Assembly: GCA_951406725.2 (NCBI GenBank)
Contig: OX597815.1
Location: forward strand, 90,148,001 to 90,212,000
DNA from: Octopus vulgaris
Lineage: Eukaryota
Direction: 5' to 3'
DNA: 64,000 nucleotides
Positions 54,547-64,000 of the stretch are shown here, in pieces. Below the pieces are notes generated by a model. The model was given only the letters and a program-made list of their open reading frames with translations, was not told where the DNA came from and did no database searches. The translations under genes were made by a program, and so were the position numbers. Positions within the stretch are counted from its first letter, which is position 1; each line of letters opens with the position of its first letter.

Positions 54547-56076
54547 CACTGCATGTCAAACTATTTGGCAGCTCTGTCTTTTTCGAAATAACAGAGTATT
54601 TAGTCATTCGAATCAAGATGTTTTTTTCACTGAATGATGGTAACATCTGCTTGTGCACACTGTAGCAAAATAAATTGGATCCGTGCAGATGTAAACAAAC
54701 AGTAGGCATTTTCGTGAAACACAAACAATTTTAACGTCCTAACATAACTAGGAAAGTGTCCAATAAAAGTGTTATTATGGGTCAAAAACGCGATTTAACA
54801 TCAAATGAGAAGTCCACCATCGTCTCAGAGCTTGGAAAAACAAAAACATTGGAAATATCAAAGATCCTAGGAAGAGATCATCGCACTGTGAAGAAATGTG
54901 TGCTGTCTTCTGCTATCCGTTCGATGACTGACAAGGGTAGCTCGAGGATTGTTTTGAGGTGTAAGTTGTCACATATAACGAGGGAAGTTGCGAAGAACAC
55001 GTGTATGACAAGCCGAGAAGTGTTTAAACGTTGTGGTAGGGAAGACATTTCGAAATCTACCAGGTGTCGCCTCCTGAAGCAGGTAGCCAAAAATGTAAAA
55101 CCTGTTACGAGCCCCCCTCCTCCCTCTGAAGGATGTTCATAAATAAAATAGAGTTAAATGGGCAGACGACTACAAGAAGATAGTTTTTTTCAAAAGTCCT
55201 CTTTAATGACGAATGCCATTCCACCATAGACAGACCGGATGCGTGGAATAAAGGATGGATTGGAATTAGCGAAAATCGTCCTCATTGTTTGAGACACCAA
55301 CAAAGTGGATGTCATGATTTGGGCTGGCATCATTGGAGACAAGTTGGTTGGTCCTTGGAAAGTTCCAGACGGAAGTAAGATGACATTTAATGCCTATGCT
55401 GCCTTTTTGAGGACAATTTTGAGCCATGGCTGAAGAAGTAGAAAGTTTCATTAACTAGTGTTCATGCAAGATAATGCGCACTCCCATGCAGCTAAGAAAT
55501 CTATGGAATATCTGCAGCCATTGGGCTTCTCTGGACACCGTTTGATGAAGTGGCTATCGCGTTCACCAGACTTAAACCCGATTCAAAATCTATGGAGTGT
55601 TCTGAAGAGGGATATATATCAAAACAGACGGCAGCTTTCAACGAAAGATGCGCTCTGGGAAGCTATTGTGGATGCTGCTGACAGCTTTATAACACATGAA
55701 ATAGTTACCTTGAGAAATTCCATGGATAAATGCGTCAGGGACGTTCTCTCATGCGGAGGATCATACATCCATCATTAAGAACTTTATGGCGACATATTTC
55801 TTGTATTATTTCCATTTAAACATATTTTTATATTCATTATAAAGTTCGTTATGATTATAAGCATTTTTATTAGACCTACTTAATAATTTAGGACGGGAAA
55901 CATTATGCCTATTAACAAAAAAGGCCGTTATAATTTATGTATCGGTGGATTAGATCTATTTTGGTACATGTAGATGAGGGTTATCGTCATGCAGTGGAAA
56001 ATATTTGGATTCGAACAAATAAATACTCTGTTATTTCGAAAAAAAACCGAGCTGCCTAATAATTTGACACGCAGAG
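54547..56076 (+). mobile_element. Full-length defective Tc1-like (DD34E) transposon with ~230 bp IR/DR termini
   Basis: TA|CACTGCATGTCAAACTATTTGGCAGCTC..TTCGAAATAACAGAGTATTTA mirrored at 55860-56076; transposase between the repeats. Confidence 0.92.
54777..55778 (+). pseudogene. Tc1 transposase pseudogene
   Basis: MGQKRDL..TLEISKILGRDHRTVKK; VLFNDEC; FMQDNAHSH; SPDLNPIQNLW (catalytic E to Q); frameshifts. Confidence 0.9.
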
Positions 56077-57121
56077 AAGACAAATATTGAGTGCTCAATT
56101 TGAAATCCGAGACGGTGCACAGCTTGCATATACTGTCTATTTATCTAATGATCATAAACAACACGCTGACATGCAATAATTTCATGTATTCCTTCATATA
56201 ATTCACGTCCAAGCGTACTTTACAGAATGTTAAGAGTGCTTCAAAACAGTTCAGATTGGAGTCTGATTACTTCTTCTGTTTACGATTATCTCTGGAAATA
56301 AAAACCAACATTTCACAAATTATTCTCTAATATAAAGTAAATAAACATATACTCTGGGATTGATATATGAAGACAGATAAAATTAATTCATTCAAGAATA
56401 CCAGTAACAAAAATAAATATTAGTGCATATGCTAGTGAATTCACGCGCGCGCGCATAAATACTAACACACGTATAGGTAATTATGTGCATACTTTCATAA
56501 GTATGTGTATACATTTATATACATGGATACAATTTTACTCACAGACATATATGTGCGAGTTTCTGTATGTGTACGTATGTATGAGAGTATGTTCGTGTGA
56601 TTAAAAGAACTATGGTTGCTTTCGAATTGATAAGAGTTCAGTAATTAAATTTGTCTTCAACATTTGAATAAAGATGTCTGCCGTTCTATAAACAAATGGT
56701 AAAGATATCGAGGTATTTGAGATGATTTGTTTCGTGCTTTTATCGTTCTTCCTTCTGAGGTTTGCTATTGTGTTTGAAAGAACAAGAGAGTATGTATGTG
56801 TATTCAGGTATGTTGATTTTGTTTTCTTCGCGTGTCTACATATATATGTTTCACTTATCTAGACTTGTTAAAATATTCATTACCTCTGAATATATATTTG
56901 CGCTCTGTGTTTTGGTTAAACGTAAGAAAACATGCAACCACGAGATCCTACTGTTGTACATATGTGCAAAACCTCTATTAAATACGTGTGTATGAGTCGC
57001 TGGGGATGTATAGTTTATATGTGTGCGTGTGCGTGTGCTTCCTTGTATGTGAGTATTTGTTTATATACATAAATATGAAAACACTTAAGCCTGTATGCCT
57101 CTCTCTTTCTCCGCCGTCCTT

Positions 57122-57154
<33 letters not shown>

Positions 57155-59056
57155 TCGATGAATGCTGCAATTGAGACACAGAAAGTTGTTCCAGGTGTAG
57201 AACAAATGAAACATCAAATAACTTATACAAAATACAATAATAAAACCATTAACAATACTAGTCAAAATAATGACGAAATCATTAGTTTTCTCCGTAGTAA
57301 GTGCATCGTTTCACTATGTACATAACAGGTTATGCAAGCAAAATAAGATCCATGGGACCTTCGTCATGGTCCAGATTAAATTGGGGTGAATGTAGTTTGT
57401 ATACAGTTCGGAGGTGTGAATAAATTTAGGGAAGACGTAAGAAACGAGTTTTTACTGAACAGAACTAAGGAAAATAGCAAATATAACTCTTAGCAATATA
57501 ATGAAAATATTGTTTTGACATAATTATTCTGATAGAAGATAACAGGCGCATCGTGTCAATATATACTAAAAAGTACCACAAATTCATTTCCGTGGAGTTA
57601 GGCAATGCCGACAGAGCTACATAATTTCATTGACAAAATCCTGTTTCCCACACATTTACATTCTGTTCGCTGATGTAGCTCCAAGTTATAAAATTTACAG
57701 ACTGAAACAAAATCTAATTGACTACATAAAATACACAAGTCTAATGCATTGATTAAATACATAAAAACTATAGAACAGAACATATCAAATGCCCTGATAA
57801 ATTAAATCACAAATTTTATCGTTTAAAATATAAAGTAACATTATCAATGTAGTATTTAAAAATAACATTCTTTTAGCGAGTAACAAATCTCAGACTAGTA
57901 AGCCCATGAAGAAATAACAAATGAGCAAAGTGTTTTACAGATGTCATTAGTCGTAAAATTCCCGGACCCAATCTCTATATGGATGTACGAATTTTCTTGC
58001 TGGTTCATGTTCTTAATATAAATACAGTTTACAATACATCATTTCAAGAGACTGAAAACATAACTACATAAAGATAGGAGTAACGGGGAAATTTTACACG
58101 CTATCTCATGAAATTGCTCTTAATTTCCAGGCAAAGGGAGACCATAGTTCAGGAGATACCGACCCAAACACTCTAACAATGCTCTAACTCTATTTAGTCA
58201 AGGTCGAATGAAATGAACTTCAGAAGAGGGAATTCAAAGGGAATTACTTGGACACGATCTGAAATTAGAATAAAAGTAGGCAAACAAATAGATATTTTGT
58301 CGGGCATTCTCTGGACTTCCACTACTAAACTATCATGTGTATGTGTGTTTGTGATGCTAGAGAATACTAGAAAAAGAACACTTTTAAGACAGGAACCTAA
58401 AGAATGTACCACGGCTGACTAACAGTTGGAAACTTACACAACAAAACATTGATCTTACGTGCGGAGATGAGCTCATTCTTCACGTCCGCACTTCTACTGT
58501 TACTATAGCACGCTTTGGTAGAGTTAAGTAATGTCGTACCATCTCAACAAAATATTTCCAACCAAATCGTCACCCCTTCTTCCCTCATCCATCACAAAAT
58601 CCATGCGCCGACAATTACACACTATACCCATTTTCGGAAATCAATATTCAAAAATTCCTTCCATCTGCATCTGTGCATCAGCGTGTGTGTTCATTCATAT
58701 TGTGACATAGGCATGTGACTCAACGAGGTCTTAATGAGGTAACTACAGGTGAAATTGTGCATATACTAGAAAGAAACACAATTGACGTGTACGTTACTCC
58801 CAAATTATGTAGAAACATTCATACATAAGCAATCAGGCACATACAGAGTTACACGTATATAAAAACACATATGCATACATATGTAATAGACATTCACCTC
58901 AATTTAAACTTTCCAGCTTCCAGTTGTTACATCATCTAGACAAACTACTTGTTGAATTAGCGTGTGACATAGCTGAATATTCTTCAACTACGATTGCCCT
59001 TAAAGCAACTCAGGTAGCATTAATATAATTTAGGGTGTCACAAAGTTGAAACTTAG

Positions 59057-59061
<5 letters not shown>

Positions 59062-59126
<65 letters not shown>
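59062..59126. repeat. (TA)n microsatellite
   Basis: Direct inspection. Confidence 0.97.
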
Positions 59127-59130
<4 letters not shown>

Positions 59131-59607
59131 TAGTCAGAATAATGAAAACATTATTAAATGCAGCACGTTCTATACTTTTTTATATAGAGTTGGACTACTC
59201 ATCAGAGCATATCGCATTTTCCCATTGAGCCATTGATCATGGCACCGGTTTTTCCGCTTATAAATTTTGATGGAGGACGAGAGAATATTAGCAGTTTAAG
59301 TACTCCTATGGTATTCACCTTTATGGAACACACATCGAACGACCTTGGAATGTCAATATGATTTTAGAGACTAATTCTTGAAATATTAAACAATTCTATA
59401 TTTTAGTGACTGAAGCTCCAATTATGAGCGCTACAAAATTTTTTCTTCTTTGGATCTCAGATAGATCAGGTATAAACATCTGCAAAAAGAAGGAAGAAAA
59501 ACAGAGGACTATGTTACGAAGTAGAAGGTATATATAATGCATAGGATCGCATATATGCAGACTAAAACGGTTCTCGAATGTGTCATACAGCCAATAGAAA
59601 AGACAGT

Positions 59608-59706
59608 TATATATATGCAAACACACATACGCACACACGAACATACACAAACACACACACATATATACATATATGCACATATATATAGACACATATATAT
59701 GTACAT

Positions 59707-59762
<56 letters not shown>

Positions 59763-59800
59763 ATATATGTACTTATGAATATGTATGTTTGTGTGAGTAC
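59608..59800. repeat. Compound CA/TA/TG microsatellite
   Basis: Direct inspection. Confidence 0.9.
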
Positions 59801-60611
59801 AAGTGCGTTTGTGCACATGTAATGATAGTAATAGAATAAATAGATTATATCTGTCGGTGACCTGGTTACAGTGAAATATTTACAGTCTGTAAGTATTTTC
59901 TTCAAAATAATACTTCTGCTATAGAAAATATATGTTATCATTTTTTATAATTAAATATTACCTTGGGAATAAATGAACACGACGGACTCTAATCTATAAC
60001 TAAAATTCAATGAAATGTATAGAGTATTTTTATTAATTATTTAATTGAATTTCAGAAATTAGATACATACTTAAGTCATTTGCGTTTCTCCCAATTGATA
60101 TTCAATAGAAATTGATTTCGAGTTTTACAAAATCTAGGGCAGAATTATGACTTTCGAAAGGAGTAAAATATGAAATATACTGAAAAGCTATAAGAAATTA
60201 ATTTTATTGGTATCGAGTACAAGTTATTCAAATTCAACAACAGCAAAGTATTGGTAATATTTTATAACCAACATTCATTGTCAATTTCGAAAGTAAAACT
60301 GAAATATCTAGTAAACTTGTGAATTATTCTGAAAAAATGCTTGCTATTGCTCTAAGGAGGCGTATATGCTTAGTTAAGAGTACAAAGCGCGCTAAATGTA
60401 TGAGCACTCTTCATGAAATACGATATGAGAGTTGCATTTTTTGTTTCAGTCTGCTATAAATCAAGCAAAATGATATTATAATAATGGAACTCACAATGCA
60501 AATGTTTCATAAATATCATGTGTTTTCTTTTCAGAGTATTCCGCTTAAATGTTCCAAACTTGGCTAGCAATTAGGAACGGGTGACCATTAACCTGTTCAT
60601 TATAGATTAGA

Positions 60612-61856
60612 TATATGAAGTTTATTCCAGAGGTTTTGGGGGTTTTTTTAAGAGAAAGCTATACCTGTCCTAGATTGTAGTTTTAGTATATCTTTACTAT
60701 TTACGTAATGACCTGGCCTACTAATATTTTTATTTCGGATCAAAGAAGGCGAATGCAACGGCACTTTGAACACTTCCTACTAAACACTGATTGTCACACT
60801 TGACTAGTTTGCTGAGTATAGTCGAGATGTGACGGCAATTTGGAAGCTTGTTATTCAATATATTTTTGCATCAAATTATGCAGAAATTCTATGCAAAATT
60901 AAGGAATACTCCATGCTGCTTATGGATTAGCGTATATGATCCGAGCATCGGGTTTTCGCTTGCATGATAAGTTCAAAGGTGGTAGAACGGAAGTGAGAGA
61001 TGACAAGAAGTGTGGGAGGGAAAGGGACATTAGAATATCAGCGCTGGTTGAAAAATTGTAATTTTCTCTCTGAAAGTCGTCGTGTGTCTATAAAGAAAAC
61101 AAGCATACAGTTTGGAGCTGGTATAGCAATTGTACACAGAATTATTCATGAATATTTGAAGATGCGCAAAATTTGTGCAAAATTTGTTTTCAGGGCGCTC
61201 AGAGAGAAGTAGAAAGAAAGATGCATTAGTGACAGCAGGGAGTTGATTGAGCTCATTAACTCCAGTCCAAGGCTACTTGAGTCTCTGGTGACCTGTGATG
61301 AAAGTTAGATCTACTCTTGTGATCCAAAGACTAACAGACAGCATGCTCAACAAAAGCATCCTGGTTTCCCCAGTTCCAAGACAGTCAGAAAATCAAGTGC
61401 ACCTATAAGCTCATGATGATACCTTTTGTCGACAGCAAGACTGGGATCACTTTTGCCAGAGAGCCATCAAAAAGTACAACGTGCATGTTTTGAAGGGGTT
61501 CAGGAAGGGATTTCGTCTTAAAATGCTAGAGTTCTTCTTCTTGATTCGGTGGCACCTTCATTAGGACAATATTCTAGTTCACACTACTTGGAAGAGGTGG
61601 GTATAACAACTATCTCTCACCCTACCAACAGTCGAGACCTTGATCCTTGTAACTTTGGCGGTTGTTTCTCAAACTGAAAAGATGAAAAAAGCTGTGACAA
61701 GAATTTTCATGGGGCTTTCATGAAGTGACTGGAGAGCTAGAACTAGTACTTTGAATCAGAGAATCATACTTTAAAAGAGAGTAGTATTTTATACGTCTTT
61801 GAAATCAATAATGTCTCACTTCAGAATATCTCAAAAGTTCTTGAATGCACCTTGTA
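60612..61856 (+). mobile_element. Full-length decayed mariner (DD34D)
   Basis: Imperfect TIRs (TATGAAGTTTATTCCAGAGGTTTTG vs rc TACAAGGTGCATTCAAGAACTTTTG); FKGGRTEVRDD; VHRIIHEYLKMRKICAKFV; LVTCDES; WHLH*DN; HPTNSRDLDPCNF. Confidence 0.85.
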
Positions 61857-63229
61857 AACACGCAACGTCATTCAGTAGGCAGCATACATTGTATGCATTT
61901 CAGAATATATTGTTTTGTTAAGTGTATTTCGATTACGAACACTTTTAATTTCAGCAACCAGGAAAATATGTTCAGTGATATAAAAGAATAATACATCACT
62001 TGAATATGAATTAATAAACAAATTCTGACTAAAGGTTGATGTGTCCATAAATCTGTTGAGACCCCTGTCTATAAATGTGTCTGTTCTAGAGCCTTTCTTT
62101 GCAGTTTCGCTAACTGCTGGAAATGTCTTTTTAAGCTTAAATCTGGTTTGCCTTCATTAAGATATTTCATTTACAAAATGTGATGTCATATGTAGGATAC
62201 CTAATGTTAAGAATAGCAACAATTGTTAAATTTCTTTTCCTTAGGTGACGCGCAAATAAACGCCAAGGCAAATGAATAGAAAAACGTCGTTCTCATAATT
62301 AAATAGTTAATACAATTCCTGAGTTATAATTAATATGGTGTTAATTTTCAATTAGAAAATAATACATATGAACACCTAGTAAATAATGTATGGACACATA
62401 CTGCGATAATGAATAAACAACATTGACCCCTAGAAATTTTAATTAAATAAATTCGAACAATTATTCGTATTGTATTGTTATTGAAGTATATAAGTTTATT
62501 GTTAATATGAAAAGATATTTTCCTGTTAATGTCAAATATATAGCTATATTAGAGCTTTTTTATTTTGTAAAATTGTATTTGTAATTGCAATGTTTGTTTC
62601 AATATAACTAATTTGGAAATTATTTTATACATATCAAAAATATTAAATTTAAATTGCTTTGATTCTAATACATAATTGCTATTTAGATGTGCAAAACATA
62701 AAAAGAAATAAATTAAAGGAAAACATATAAAAGGTAAAGTAAAAACCAAATGAGAGAATTGGAAAATGAGAACAGAGGATTCAACAACTCAATTAATTAT
62801 CTTATTCATTGGTTTTATGGATATTTAATTAAAACCGGAGTTTTTTATTGCACCACTAAACAGCATGAAACAAATACACAGTTCCCGCACAGAATAGAGA
62901 GCAGTAATTAATTTAGATTGTATCACGATGATGAAGCCTAATAACACTTTCTGAAGTCTATTTGAGAATTCCCTAAATAAGTATTTGTAAACATGATGCA
63001 GATAGTGAAAATTTATGTGTGAGACAGTCGCAGTACATCGTTAATTGTCTGTTGTCGGCTATGACAATGGTTCGTATTCTGTCAACTGATGATGCCTCGA
63101 TTGCTCAAGATGCATAGTGTGATAATATTGCTGCTGTAACATGAAAAAACACTGCACACTTAGAGGTTTCGTTGACTTCTGTCACTTTATTCCTTTGTTA
63201 GCTTAGCAATATATTCAACCTATGACCAA

Positions 63230-63900
63230 TGTGGGCAGTTCTTGACTAGTAGTTCATTTTATTGGCTTCAGATTTAAGGACCGGGTTTGTTGATTAGATA
63301 AATATGTAGCCCATATGTGGTCCTATATATTTTATTGACTTAAAGGGATAAAAATTACAATTGTCCTCGGTGCGATTTGAAACCAAAATGCAGTACCAAA
63401 AGAAATACGTCGAGCGAAAGATTCTCCAAAAGTACCGCCCTAAAATTAAATCTCTTAACAAGTACAGGCCAGAAATTTGGTGGAAGGACTTAGTAAACAG
63501 GATGGAAGCTTGTAATGTTCTATACTTCTTTTTGTGTTAATAAAAATAAGTATTAGTCAAGTATTTAGGTCGATGTCATTGACTAACACTCTGACAAACT
63601 TCATAACCAAATGAGGCGGTCTGACGCCCGTTATTATCTCATACTAACACTGTGGTTGTAAATTATTACACTCTCTCTTAATTTCATTTTTTGTTAATCC
63701 TTGATTCTTACCCAAGTTAATCAACAACAAAACGTGTCTATCCTAAAGTTCTGCTGGTCAGTTCGCCTGCCTATATTTATTTTTATTATCCCTCTCTTTA
63801 CCCCTAAATGAATCAGCATCATATGATATCAACTTTGGTACTGCTAATTATTTTTAAAAAGATGAAACAAAATTCTGCTGTTTTCGTTATTACTGCAATT
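63230..63900. mobile_element. Cluster of decayed family-B SINE fragments
   Basis: AGGCCAGAAATTTGG.., CCTCGGTGCGATTTGAAACC and similar family-B motifs. Confidence 0.4.
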
Positions 63901-64000
63901 CCAACTACTACAGCTGTTTTTACCATTCCTATTTCTACAACAGCCATTAGAGCAGTGTTGCTGCCTCCAATTTTTTTGATACTGATGCTGATACTGATTT

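Overview
AT-rich, repeat-dense eukaryotic DNA. The SINE families, very long (TA)n/(CA)n/(TAA)n microsatellites and transposon mix look like a cephalopod (Octopus-like) intergenic or intronic region; the species is an inference. I could not support any intact host protein-coding gene: nearly all listed ORFs are microsatellite read-throughs or pieces of decayed transposons. Elements seen: several tRNA-derived SINE families; many R4/Dong-type RLE non-LTR fragments inside (TAA)n, plus one associated with (TACA)n; Penelope-like relics; RTE/CR1 relics; a small internally deleted Gypsy element with both LTRs, PBS, PPT and a 5-bp TSD nested in a mariner; a Chapaev3-like transposon interrupted by a Tigger-type MITE; an IR/DR Tc1; and several mariner relics. 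The most notable structure is a ~1 kb head-to-head palindromic non-autonomous element (2504-3567). It joins a tRNA-like Pol III head to a Penelope-type minimal hammerhead ribozyme and has Penelope-style inverted architecture, so it is a candidate Penelope-mobilised, ribozyme-bearing SINE. All analysis was by eye; coordinates of decayed elements are approximate.
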